From the NCBI GenBank assembly GCA_032718475.1, contig JAUCBJ010008799.1:1-64000 (forward strand): a DNA stretch of 64,000 bases, read 5' to 3'. Positions 38,301 through 52,103 of this stretch are shown piece by piece. This stretch comes from Nemertoderma westbladi. Taxonomy: Eukaryota > Animalia > Xenacoelomorpha. A program made the position numbers and the translations under genes. A model generated the notes under the pieces. The model had not been told where the DNA came from. It did not search any database and saw only the letters and a list, made by a program, of their open reading frames with translations. Each line of letters opens with the position of its first letter. Positions within the stretch are counted from its first letter, which is position 1.

Positions 38301-39552
38301 AGGTTTTGGATTTCTCTATCGAACTGTGGCAAAGCTAACTCCTTCACCGATTGGACTTGTTGTTGTAATTTACGTTTCTCTAAACAATCTTGTGTTCCCT
38401 TTCCGATCTTCTGTCGAATAGCGTCTAAAGCGTTTCTTATAACGCTCTCCTCGACTTACGTGGCGGGTTGCATCGGGTTTAATCCTGGACGATTGTAAGG
38501 ATCAAAGGGCGATATTAGCTGCCCGTGTCCCAATCCGGCTAAGTAGGATGGGCGAATGTCTAACGAACCCACTACCGGAGCGCCACCGATTAATTGTTCG
38601 GGTAACACTAAGTCTTTGAACAGGGAATATAGTTCGGGAGGATCAGTGATACTGTTAGGATCAAGAGTTTGAGGTCTCACTAGGGAATGAGGAGGCCTGA
38701 CCGAGTATTCCGGAACTCTGATCATGGGTTTATTCAGTGATCGTTTAAGACGAGCGATCGTAGGTGGTACGTCGAACAGGTTTCGCTCGAAACTCCCGTA
38801 AGTGTAACGCGTAAAGCTGTGTTTAGCGCAACGTCTCCGCGGATATTTATGTCTTTCAGTTTGTTGGTTGGGTCTAGGGCATTCGTCACAATAATACCAA
38901 AGATGTATGTCCTGCAGAGGAAATGCGGGTGATCGTTCTCCAGTTTTGCAGTTTTCTTCCATTTGTTCAAAACTATCCGGGATAACAGGTAGTGGACGAT
39001 CGGCGGTAAGATACATCATAGTGAAATAGAGCCGTTTGAGTTCTATCACAGGGTCATGATGTATACCTTGAGGATATCGAGTCTCTAGGTTCTGCTGACT
39101 GGCGATGTTGAGATAGGTTTCTCTCAAAAATTCTAGGTATTGAAGTCGATGCATTTATCCGGTTCTTCAACGTTTTCTCTTTCCAGTCTATTACGAATAG
39201 AATTTTCGTGATCTATTCTCGGTTTATCGTTACGACTCCGCTGGGTATGATATTTAAATAGAACCATTTCCCTCTCTGTATCTACATCGTCCGTATCATG
39301 TAAATCGATAGGATGGCCGGTAGTTAAGAAGTCCATATACGTACCATTACGATTCGTATAGCGAGCGGTGAATTTTCAATAATCCAATTCACGCGCAAGT
39401 TGCTCTTGGGACATCGGCGGTTCGATATAACGACCATCATCCTCTGTAATGGTTGGATCGGCTTCGCCGCGTATTAAGCTATCCACAAATGCTTGTAAAG
39501 GTAGAGTATATCGCTCCCTAATACCAAGATCATCTTCTATCAACTCCGTCAT
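35303..39552 (-). pseudogene. BEL ORF3 (about 1416 codons): coiled coil, DEDDy 3'-5' exonuclease, zinc knuckles, basic tail
   Basis: ATG at 39552. Track ORFs of 67, 232, 462 and 506 aa join through in-frame stops (39378, 38458, 36961, 36880) and one 1-nt frameshift near 39155. Motifs VVTYDNEG, LPQPVLEMLFNERILKIGSAVYGDL, FVDTQLIA, SIGHLAFQEYGWNFK, YSFMSVPLRPSLAIYTIFE and CHHCQLKGHASFDC. Confidence 0.8.
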
Positions 39553-41191
39553 ATCTGCTATCTGAGTTTATTATTATCAAAATGAGTTTATGTTTAGGCG
39601 AGCGGGCGTCGCTGCCTACCTCCCTTTGCCCCCGGACAGTGGGATTCTCAGCGCCGATGTACCGTCGTCGCGGTGTTTACGCCAACATGTAGCAACAGCA
39701 CGACAACGATAACCAGCACAAGTCACTCCACTGTCCGTCCCAAAGGCTTGAATCCACTTTAGGTTCTTTCTATAGGAGAGTTGGGCTACCTTTACAATTG
39801 CGACTAGCTACTGTAAACATACTTTAGCAGTAACATTCACCTATAAACGCACAAATTCCACACAACTGTCACCAATTGTACACATACAGGCCATTTGTCC
39901 GTTAGTCAGTGCCTTCCAGAATGTGACGTTATTACTGTGTATCCTTGGATACTAACAGTGTGCTATGTATTCTCTATGCTATGCAATGGGACAAGCTTTC
40001 TATTGTTCTTTTAACTTGCTTCTAATTCTAGCGTGGGTGTTGCTATGGTGACATTATGGAATGCTAGCGGTAGAATTAGGGTAATTCTCATGCATACAGA
40101 TCTGGGATGCTATTTAATAGTAATTCTTTAATTGTCAATATCCTCTTTATGCATGATTTTATTAATTTTATCGGCTATTGACTATATGTTGGAGATTCTC
40201 GCACTCTAATACACTCAATAGGATGAATCTCCGCTCTCATGATCTATTAATTAATGGAATTTTGGGAATGTTATAAATTGCACAAAATGAAAATTTATGA
40301 AATTCATTTAAAATATGAATTTAAATTTATTCCCGTGAATTTTATTATTTGATGTTAAAATTGACACAATTTTTATTCCAGAGCATGTCTGGGGACTGAG
40401 GATCCTTAATTCTATAAAATTGTCCTTTAAGAGTATCGGTAAGTGCTGCGATATCTTAATTGACTAGAAATTTTAAAGGATCTGAATTTTACAGATTTTA
40501 ATAAATATTAAATTAATATTTAAGATGGGCACCGATTTATTCCAGAACTTGTCTGGGGACGTTAACCACTGATTCTAGAATTTGTCTTTCAAGTATATCG
40601 GTGGGTGCCACGATATCTTAATCGACTAGAATTACAGATGGTCAAAAGGTTTAACAGATTTATTTGCGTTTTACGCTACTGTTAGAGGGACATCACGCTA
40701 CTATATGTATTATTTAATATAAGGTAGAAGAGCAATATCGCACGAAGCAATGTCAGTGTGAAGAGGCAAGTCGTTTCCAAGGTCTACCCAGAGCTTGGTT
40801 TAGCCAAGACACGAGGATCTGAACTTTGCATTCCTAATACTCTGCATACCAATAATACTTGAATATAGTAGTGGCTTTATTGTACTTTAATAAGTACAGA
40901 CATTTCATCTTACTGTAGTCACGTATTTATAATTATGATACGGACAGTAAGGAAAGAGAAAAATTATTTCTCGCCGTCACACTAAATATATTATATATAT
41001 GTAATTACGTAATAAACACTAATATATTGCACTAATCTACTAAATAATCTAAAATAACCTTCTACTAAATAAAATTGAATAAAAACGATTATAATAAAGT
41101 ACATAATAATGTTCACATATAAAAATATAATAAAAATAGATAGAATAATATAGTCATACACCCACTCCAGACGTATCACATTGGGGAGTCC

Positions 41192-44100
41192 CTAGATTGT
41201 TTGAGGAATTAGGGAGGTGGTCGTGGGAAGAGTGTCTTGCCTTCCATAGTTTCCGGAGAGTTCTCTGTCTCTTTCCAGTAAACATAAACGACCAACTGGG
41301 CGGTTGAGTTGTTGCGTCTCAAAGATTAAGCCTGGCTTCTTGAAGTTACGCCGCATGACGACGAGTTCTACCGAGCGTACTAAACCATCATCCGAGATGT
41401 GAGTCTCGATGATACGACCTGTCTGCCACCGTTTACGTGGGAGGTCTGAATCTACAATAAGCACCATATCTCCGGCGCTGACGTTTTCTTGCTGCGCAAA
41501 CCACTTAGTTCGAAGTTGTAGCGTGGGCAGATAATGTTTCTCGAAATGGTCAGCGAAACGACGGGATAGCAACTGCATAAGTTGCCAAGTTCGACGGCAG
41601 TATTCGTCTCCATCGGCAATCTCCGATCGTGGGAGCATGGCTACAGGTTTCTTCAGTAGGAAGTGCGCGGGTGTTAGCGCTTCCAGGGAATCGGGACTTG
41701 ATGAGACTGGCATAAGCGGTCTCTCGTTGAGATAGGCAGCTATTTCCTCCATTAATGTCCGCAAAAGTTCGTCGGTGAGATACGCGCGGCATGGCACTAT
41801 AAAGTGAAATGCGGTCTTGACACTTCTAATTAATCTCTCCCAACTTCCTCCCCACCAAGGGGCGTCGGCGGCGTTGAAGGTCCAGCTAGACGCTGTTATC
41901 CTTAGCTGATCGTCCACCTGTCTTTGGTTCCAGTCCTTCACATAAGCCTGTATTTCGTTGTTGGCACCAATGAAGTTCGTTCCTTTATCCGATCTCATGG
42001 TATTACTCGTCCCGAAGCGAGCGATCTGTCGGCGTAAACTTAAGACGAAGCTGTTGGTAGATAGATCGTTCACCATATCGAGATGGATGGCTCTACAAGT
42101 CATGCATACGAAGATGACACACCATCTCTTGACTATAGTCCTAGCACGATATACTTCAATAGGGCCAAATAAATCTACACCAGTATTAGTGAAAGGTGGT
42201 TCATAGAAGCTTACTCGTTCCCTAGGTAATTCTGCCTCTCGCTGTGTTAAAGGCCTACTGAATGCTTTCCTACAGGGTATGCAGTTCCTAAGAACTTGGT
42301 TCAGAGCTCTACGGGGTTTATCAAAATAATAGCGAGTTCGAATTTCGCTAAGAACTCGTTCTCTCTACCAGCATGATAAAGTTTACTGTGAACATCTACA
42401 ATCATATTGATTTGTACTTCAAGATTTCTAATGAGTATGGGGAATTTAGTGTCAAAGGATAATGGCGCATTGGTGAGCCTTCCTCCAACACGTATTAACC
42501 CATCTATCATTGTGCTAGAGAAGCGATCCCTTAAGCGCATCTGCGGATTTCTCAGCAACAGGAAATACTTATCGGAATCCTCATAGCATTGCAGGAGTCT
42601 CAGTATCTGCTTATTGGTTTCTTCATGCTCCTGGTAACCAATTTTCTCTTTTAGAAACCGGTCGGATGTCTTATATTTGGGTAAATTTTTAATAACATGA
42701 ACTTGCGCAGATGTCAATGGAGCGGTATCACTAATGGTCTTCGTCCTGGAGTAGTGATGATGAAAACATCTCCTTAAATATGTGACGGCTTTACAGAGCC
42801 GATTCCAGGAACTGTAGTGATGCATTGTTCTCTGCAGCAGGGGTGAGATTCCTTGCGAGACGTCTGGTATTCCAGATTTCCAATCTCTATCTCTAATTTC
42901 CACAACAGACTTATTTGTGGCGAGGGATTGTGGATCCGAAGCATCATTTCCGGAAGTATGTAATACAGATAGATCGATCGTCGGTTTAAATAACTGGTTT
43001 AAATACCGGGTTTTAGGTTTGACTGTCTCCGCTCCCTTGGCTTGTCTAATCTCCACCGTAGTAAGGTGAGGAGGCCATTCATCCTCTTCCTTGCTCAGGA
43101 AGTCGGGTCCACCCAACCAGTCTGGAGTATCTATCAGTTCCTGTGGAGTTGCTCCCCGGGAGGCGATATCGGCTGGATTAATCGTACCAGGGCAATGTCT
43201 CCATTGATCTATCTTTGTGCGACTAAGAATAATAGCTACCCTGTTAGTAACAAAAACGCTGAACTGACAGACTTCATTGGTTAGATACTCCAACACGAGT
43301 AAAGCGTCGGTCCAATAAACCGTTTTCTCCAGTGGATAGTCGATTTGTTCTGTTACGTTCCGGCCGATGGCTGTAGCGTATAAAGCCGCCTTTAACTCCG
43401 CTCGAGGAACCTTTAACTTGTTGTTAATCAATGCCTTAGAGGTAACCAAGGCGACTTTGATTCCATCCGGAGTTTCGACTCGCAGATATGCTACTATACC
43501 TATTCCCATGTCGCTGGCGTCTCCAAACACATGGAGTTGATAGGAATACGTAGGAAGAACATGACCAAAATATGCACGGGAAATTATAAAGTTCTCGATG
43601 GCCGGTAGAGAATCTTCCCATTTCATCCATTTCTTCAACAGTTCTCCCTTAAGCGGATCGTCCCATGAGTGGTTTTCAAGCCACATTTGTTGTACTAAAC
43701 TCCGAGCAATCAATATAACTGGGCTAATAAATCCCAATGGGTCGAAATAAGTGCTCAGGATACTTAAACAAATCCGTTTGGTCCGAACTGGATTATCTCG
43801 CTGTTTTAGCTGAAAAAACAGGATATCTTTTTCAGTGTCCCACTTCAAGCCAAGCGTCTTGGTTTCTGGAAGATCATCCTTTATTAAGTCTAGGTCTTTC
43901 GCTCCTCGGTCTTCTACCGGTATCGCTTCCAGAAACTCACGGGAGTTGCTGGTGAATTTCGTCAGTCGAAATCCACCTCTTTTCAAACACTCTACCGTTC
44001 CTTTCGCGACATCTATGGCTTCTTCTACTGATGGAAGGGACCTTAAATTGTCGTCCATGTATATATTACGCTTGATGTTGTCTATCACCTCTTTTGAGAA

Positions 44101-47100
44101 GGCGTCTCGGTTGTCATTCGCAGTGGTTCGCACCACGGAGCAGGCGTTGGAAGGACTAGATATGATCCCAAAAGCCTGGATGGTCATCCAGTACTCTACC
44201 AGTTTCTGATTGAGGTCTCCTTCAGGCCACCACAGAAATCTCAGGCTGTCTCTATCTCTATCCAGCGCCTTGACTTGTAAGAACATTCCTTCTATATCGG
44301 AGGCGAACGCGATGGAATATTGTCTTAATCTTAAAAGTATTCCCAACAAAGATTGGACTAAGTTGGGTCCTGGTAACAACTCGGAGTTGAGGGATTGGCC
44401 CATATATAGAGCGGAGCCATCGAATACGACTCGTACTTCGTGGGGTTTACCGGGTTTGGGAACGTAATGATGTGTTAAGTAATACGTTCTCTCAGTCACT
44501 GGTGTTCCTTCCGGTACTCGCTCCGCGTATCCCTTTGTTATAAATTTCTTCAACTGAGTTTGGTACATTTCTTTAGCTGAAGCATTAGCCGTAAGGCGTC
44601 GATGTAATTGAGCGATTCTTTTCTCTGCCAAGGGTCTGTTATTTATAAATCTAGGTTCTCGTTTTCGAAATGGTAGGCCGATTTCATATCTACCTTGGTC
44701 CTTTAAAAAACGTGTAGTTGTTTCCTGGATTTGCTTGGCTCTTTCTTCTTCTATCGATAGGGCCTTATCGTATGAATTGGGCTCCACCAGTTCTTGAGTA
44801 AAGAATCGTACGGCTAGTTCGTCCCGAGTTCTAGCGTTGTAGCGCTCTATCTCATCATTTAGTTCGTCATTGTAATCCATGGGTCCCGATGGGCGAATCA
44901 GTTGACATAGGTTCACCTGGGTTTTCCACGTTTTGTTTTCTGTAAGTAGGTCGATTGTGTTCTCTTCATCGAAGAGTTGGTAGATGTCGTCATTATCTGA
45001 GGAGTATGGTGTTCCCTCAGTTAGTTCGTCCACCTCACTGCTCTCCACTTCCCAATCATTTACTTGGTATATTCGTTCTTGTGGCATTCTCTCTTCGAGA
45101 GTTCTGCGGGAAGGGCCAGTAAAGTACCAACCTACTCTAGTTCTTACCGCATAGGTTTGCAGTGGCTGCGGTTGAGCAGGCCGTTTCTCCAATGTCTCGA
45201 GCGCCTCATGCGCGTTTTGGCCGATGAGTATTTGCACTCCAGGATAATCTGTCTGGAATCGAGGTATCTTAAGATGTTGGATGCTCTCATCCTCGTCCCA
45301 ATTATAAAGGTCTGCTTGAGTAGTAGCGAAGTTCTTTATAGCCACCATTTTTACCGACCTTATACCTTGTGCTCCTAATTTATCCTGGGGGGTGGACAAC
45401 ACACCTACATAGTAGTCTGCCGTTAGGGTAGATTTCCAAACCTGCATAATTCCTGACATATTCAATTTAGTCCGGAATTTGGGTTGTCCAGCAAAGATAT
45501 CTTCGGCTAGTTAGTGATCGATGAATGTTCCTGTGCTGCCGGAGTCAAGGAGGGCGTTCACTATATAACTTTTGTTAGGACCGTGACCTCTTACCTGCAC
45601 TACAGGAAATTCTCTGATTCCTACGTTGGAAGTTGGAGCTTTCCAAGATGGTTGTCTGGCAAAAGTAGTTGGGGGAAACTCATTGTCGGTGTCCTTTTCG
45701 TAAGTAAGTGCTCGATACACTGCGGTATTTATTAGGTAACAGGATTCGTTGGCGTCGGAGAATTCGTCAGTATAGAATCCTTCCATCTCAGACTCTTGAT
45801 CAGTGTTATTTACATCACTGAATTGGATATGTAGTTCGGGCTCACTTACCTGACTCGGGTTGTCTCGTTCGAACTCACTGTGTAACAAGATGTGATGTTT
45901 CGCGCCACACTTTGCACACTTTACGTCGGAGTAACAGGTTCGCCGTTGGTGTCCTGATCTGAGGCAATTATAGCATAACCGCTTATCCCACATGACTGCA
46001 CGTCTGTCTACAAGGGATTTCTTTAGAAATTCCGCACACGCACTCAAACGGTGGGTCCCGTCGCACAGCGCACAGTTAGGTTTTATGTTACTCACTTTAC
46101 CTTGGGTAACTTGATGCACTCTCGTTCTTTCTTCGGGCTTTCTTCGGTGCATTCTGTTAGGAGACTGAGGAGGGGTCTTGGCAACCTGTTCTCTCCTATC
46201 GTTGTTTCGAGCCTTGTATTTACTTACGTCTTTTGAGGTTTTGCTAACGTAATAAGATCGGTCAGTGTCTTTCCCGCTGTCCTCTTCTTGAGAAGCTTGG
46301 CTTTCGCCGTCGTCAGTGTAACACCCTGGTGTTACTCTTCTCCTAGAAGCGGGTTTGTCACTTACCTTATTTTCCGATGTTTTCTCTCTGGACTGCTTGA
46401 TGAGTTGTAGTTTTACTTCACCATCTAAGAAGGACATGAGATCAGCCATGGTAGGGCTTCGTCGTTGTTGTTCATTCATGTACAACACTTTCTTGTCCCA
46501 GCGTGTACATACTCCACCCTTTGGTAAAGTAGAGACTACGGCTCCAATAACCATGGAACTCTGATATTCATGAGACTTACCTAACCAGTCCAATTGTCTA
46601 CAGATCTCCTGAATCTCATCGGAAAACTCTATAATCCCGCTACTAAGGAAGTTTCGGGGGGCTACTAATTTTGCATACAAATACTTAGCTATGTTATCCT
46701 TGTTACCATACCTGATGTTTAATGTATCCCAAACTTGTCTTAATCCTTCTGGATGTCCAATAAACTTTAACGCCATTAACTTGGGAGGTCCTTCCAAACA
46801 CTTGATGAGGAATCTAAGCTTCTCGCCGTTAGATAGTACAGAGTTCTGTATGCTATCTTTGTAATATTCATTGAAAGGTAACCATTTCATCTCATCTCCA
46901 TTGAATTTGACGATCTCTCCCACTTTAACCGCTTGGCGGGCTTCTGTTCTAGCCATCTGACGCGTAAAGCTCTCTTGGGCCATCGTGTTATTTAATATCG
47001 AATTATCGGTATATGAATTTCTCGGATTATTATCAGGTCTATAGGGAATATCATTAACAACAGGTTTATAATCACCCTTAATAGGGTTTGCTATAGGAGT

Positions 47101-49039
47101 TTCTACTTCACTAGCAGTATAGATGCGTGTAGGCTCCACACCTTGCGCATGTAATACTTCAGACCTAACAGGTTGACACAATGTTACTGGGGGTATTGGT
47201 ATGCCCTTTTGTATATTGACTAATTTGTCGCGTTCTAGTGCGATACTTTGCTGCACTTCTTGCAATTCTGCCCTACCTTCCCTTACTGTTCCCTTAAGTT
47301 GGTGGACAGTCTCCTGCATCTGTCCGAGCAGGAGGTTCATCCCCCGCCGTCCCTCCTCTACCCACTCGACCGCCGAAGCGGGAGTCGCCAACATTGTAGC
47401 GGGCTGACGCTGGACGACGGGACACAAATCTTTGATTTCTCTCTCTGCTTCCAGGACAGGGATATTCTCATGGACTGTTCTACCGGGTACAGGCAGTGTA
47501 GTACTGTGTAAAGGGAATTTAGAGTTAAGCTCTGGAAGTACAGGGGTCTCTAGCACAGGAGTGACTTTGGGAACGACAGGCCTTATTATTTCAGGCTTAT
47601 CAACTATAGTAGGGAGTCTTTTGACCTTAATAATTTGGTCTGTAGGTTCTATACTACTTAAGTCTGTGCTAGCTAGTTGTCTTCTAACAGCTGGGGGCAA
47701 ATCAGGCAATTTGTAACGGTGGGATGTTTTTCTACGCCTGCTTAGACGAGATCTATTTCCTCCGCCTTCAGGATCGGTGGTTTCGCTTTCCTCCAATGAT
47801 GTGTATCCCTGGCGTTTGGGAGTAGATCTTCTCATCATCTGCATATGACTAGCAGTTAACTGTTTATTTATGATGTCTTGCGTCTCTTGCAGATTTTCCA
47901 ACTCTAGTTGGGTAGTCTCCTCAGACGCTCTCCATTCTGCTTCTGCCACCGCTGCTTTTCTTTCTGCTTCTGCTTCTGCCGCCGTTACTGCTGCTGCCTT
48001 TCTTTCTGCTTCGGCTTCTGCCGCCGTTACTGCTGCTGCCTTTCGGTCCTCTATCCGTTTTTTCTTTACTTGTTCCTCTTGGACTCTAGCAAGGCGGAGT
48101 TTTTCATCAAATTTAGCTTGGTTCGCAGCTAACATTTCCGCATCGATTGAGTCCAACACAAGCTTGGCCACAAACACAAGATTTCCACTGGGCCGTTTCT
48201 TGAACTTTGAGACCGACCCGCTGGAACCAAGTCTTGACAGCAACCTGCAGTGACGTGTCCTGTCTTCTTTTGGAAGTTTCCTCAAAGGCTGATAAGATTA
48301 GTCTAATACGTAGGGTTCTTTCGCGTACTTGATAAAGCAGCTCTTCCTGCTCTTGAGGTCCTTGGGGTTGTCGAAACAGTTGTTCTTCTAATCGCTCTAA
48401 GGAGCCGAAGAATCCCTGCACATATCCTGCTGCCGACCTCTTCCAAACAGCTGGATCCATCGTATCTTTAGTCACTCCCATCCTGTGTATGTCTTCCCAA
48501 GTAGCTTCGGACAAATCCAACGGGAGTCCGGGTCCGGGAAAGTTCCATTGTGACTCGACAATAGACATCAATTCTTCCCTGGCGTATCCCGCATAACTAT
48601 CTTGGGTCGCTCGCTTACTTCTCGCCCAATCGACTTGGTGTTCCTCCACCGCAATGAATATAGTTGTTAATACTGCGGCAGGAAGGGTGAGAAGGGGATC
48701 CGAGTAGACTGTAGCCGCCATCTGCACTCCGCGTTCGGGGGTCAGCTCTACAGTATCCGAACTACTGGAGCTATCGGGTCGCTGGGAACGAGTTTCTTGA
48801 CTAGGCTGTTGCTGCTGTTGGACAGCTGCTTCCTGGTTCCGTTTGACCTGGGCCCGAGTGCCGATGATAGACCTACGGTGTTGGATTAGCTTAGGGTCTG
48901 ATACTACTACTGGAGGGATGACCTTTCTTTCAGTAGGAGGTGAGCTGAACTCCTTTCTTAATCGCTCCACACTCCTATCTGTGTCACAGATGGTTGTATC
49001 GATTAGACTGTCTGACAGGTTTTGCTGGGTGTCAGACAT
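41192..49039 (-). pseudogene. pol: BEL/Pao gag-pol polyprotein, disrupted
   Basis: KFNGDEMKW capsid-like region, three Cys/His knuckles, protease LLDSGSTGT, RT (VRVVFDGS, SDIEGMFLQV, YMDD), Pao RNase H (VFGDAS, PRAEL, YWTD) and integrase (SDKGTNF, PWWGGSWERL). Frameshifts near 48190 and 42360; in-frame stop at 45513. Confidence 0.93.
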
Positions 49040-50987
49040 GTTTAGCTATACAGTTGAATGCTTACTGCTATAGTTACAGTTAAAGCAAGTCTAGTAATTC
49101 AGTATGACCGTTGGCCTAGTACCGGTAATTTATTACAGTATATTAGAATACCGGTATACACTTATAGTATATATAAGTATTGTAAACTAGGTTTGTCACA
49201 GAGTACCGGTATATAATTTTAGCACAAATATATATAAATATATAATAGGCCTATCGTGAATACCGGTATGCAGCTTACACTTATAGTATATATAAGTATA
49301 ATTATGAACTAGAATTAATTACAGAATACCGGTATGATTTCAGCCCAAATTTATAGAAATAAATATAATAAGCCTATGGTAAATACCGGTATGTCAATTA
49401 TTTTAGAATAATTGAATTTCTGAATATTTTAGGGTTACTTGGTTATTTTAACTTACTTTATTACCGTTATTTAAGCAGTAGTCCAACTGATATTGAGACC
49501 TAGTTGTTGTATGGCAGGCCTACTATTTATAAATCGTTTGAGTTGATTTATAATATTTATATACCCGTTTAAAATGGGTTTTGTCAATATTTGAAATAAA
49601 TGTTATTATTTCTGGGGGGAGTCACTACAGAAAAGCTGTGCGCTCTCAGTGGAGTGCTACTTATTGGACACTAAAACAAATAATTCTAATTTACCTAAGT
49701 TACTTAATACTACTAATTACTTACGATACGTGTGAGATTAATTCTCTAATTAAATACAACAAAATATTACGTATGAAATTTTAGGGTAATTTTACAAGAA
49801 GTCTACAAACCAGTCTAACAAAGGGTTAGAATTCTGGTTATTACAACGGACTGGGTACTACGGTATTTGAAAATAATAAGTAGTAGTAAATATGTTGCGC
49901 TGTCCAGATAGGAAAAATACCACCGCCTGACGACCTATAGCCGTATCGCTATAGGTACTACGTTATGTATCACGGAGTGTTCCTACCTGGAAGTTAATTA
50001 CCGTGGACTACCAGATCCAACGTGCCTGTTAACCACTTTACAACACAATACACTGCCTACACACTAATTACTTTCGGAAAGCACTGTACACCAAACCCTA
50101 AATTAGGTACAAGTACTTATTAAAAAACAAATAACTAGCAGTTAAATATACTTGAACAGTTAAAAGAACCACGGCATCTGCTGGAGTGACCGGTGCACAA
50201 AATCACCAGTCTTTACCTACGCCAAGCAGCCCGTGTAGTACCGGGGTTAATTTAACTATAACGGTATGTGTAACAAGCACAATTACTGTAGGAATAAACT
50301 TGGGGACATGAATGTTGCGAATAATCGCATAAACTCTGAATAATAAATATTACGCTACCCGTACAGAATACTCAAACAAAATACAAACCAAACGCTGGCA
50401 GACTGGCTGCCCCAACTTACTAACTGGCACTTTATCAGACAAACTCTACACACGCAGCAATCTCTTCAGACCTAATAATAGCTAGACAACAATCCAGCCT
50501 ACAAAATATCTGAGTAATAACTATTACGGTACCTGAACAGACCACACAAACAAACACAGGCCAAAACGCTGGCAGAATACTGTCAAGCCTAAATAAACTA
50601 CAGTATGTGCAGATTCCAAAATGGTTAGTTAGTATGCGTTCTAACACGGTAGTACGACTTATTCTTTAAGAGGGGATTGACCTTACAGCTCTGGCTGCCC
50701 CAACTTACTAACTGGCACTTTATCGGACAAACTCCACACATTCCGCAATCTCTCCAGACTCAACAACAGTCCGACAATAGTCCGGCCTACAATTATCTGA
50801 ACAATCTGAGCAGACTTACACGTCTTCAGCTCAATATTAACTTACTAGGAATAAAACTGACAGAAATAGACCTAAGTAAAATCCCAATAAAAACCAGGCG
50901 TCCCCGATTTAATATCGAGACCTACCGGTATATAATAATCCAAATCGAATAATACAAATGTACTTATACTGGAAGTACCGGTTAGGA

Positions 50988-51174
50988 CAGTTGGGCCTAC
51001 AGACCTACAGCAGTACCGGTTCAAGCAGTTGGGCCTACGGACCTACAGCAGTACCGATTCTGGCAGTTGGGCCTACGGACCTACAGCAGTACCGATTCTG
51101 GCAGTTGGGCCTACGGACCTACAGCAGTACCGATTCTGGCAGTTGGGCCTACGGACCTACAGCAGTACCGGTTC
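50988..51174. repeat. 38-bp minisatellite, 5 copies, in the BEL leader
   Basis: gcagttgggcctacggacctacagcagtaccgattctg in tandem, without spacers. Confidence 0.9.
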
Positions 51175-52103
51175 AGGTTTACCGGTCGACCGGTACTTTC
51201 AACTTTATTTCTTACTGCAATAAAGACAATAACTGTTATTGTACGCGCTTTTGAAGACCTTTAGCAGTTTAACCTGCCAAAATTTATATGTCTTTTGGTT
51301 TATAAATAGACTTTAGAAAATGACAAGTATTTAATACCAATAAACACAACATTAGCAGAAGCCAGCCTAGTGCGCGTCCATTCACCCGCTGGATATACCC
51401 GGGAGACTGGATTCGGAGGGCTTAGATTGTTATTGCAGTGTAAGCTTACTGTATTATTCGATTGATCGTTAATAAATAATTTCTGACTAATATTATTCAC
51501 TTTCGGGAAATATTAACAGTTCCTTTAGGACGTGGCGCTCTATCTAGGTAAACAGAGATATGACTTATACTAAACACAACGGTAAGTAGGTAAGGCTTAT
51601 GATTCACGTATGAGGCGCATTCTTTAGGAAATGCTTAGTTATCAGCCACAATCATGCACACTACCGGTAACGCACAATACTGCTCACTAATTTGCCGACC
51701 GTCAATGAATTTTATCATATATAAAGAGAACAGAAACTGACTCATGTAGTGCTTATCAAATAGCATTAAATTCACTACAAACCACAACAATATAAGTCGC
51801 AATCGCTATATGTAACCCGTCTCTCTAACCTGTAGTGTATCAAGAAAATTGGGAAATTTGGGTTCTTTATAGATGTTCTCCAAATATTAATATTCAACCA
51901 ACTGATACAAACAATGACAACAGTAAATAGCAGTATAATAATGTATGTTGAACCGATAATGTAAGACTGAACTGGACTGTTAAGACTGGGTTGATAACAG
52001 TTATACGCTCTATAATCTAAGCCTACTAATGTTTCTTCTAAAGTCTGAAACGAATTGACTCTAGAGCCGGTGTTCTTGGCCTAGATAGAAACAACACAAC
52101 AAT

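Noticed and set aside
35303-39552. ORF3 as an envelope gene
   Set aside because: No signal peptide, transmembrane anchor or fusion-protein pattern; it has nuclease motifs and a basic tail instead.
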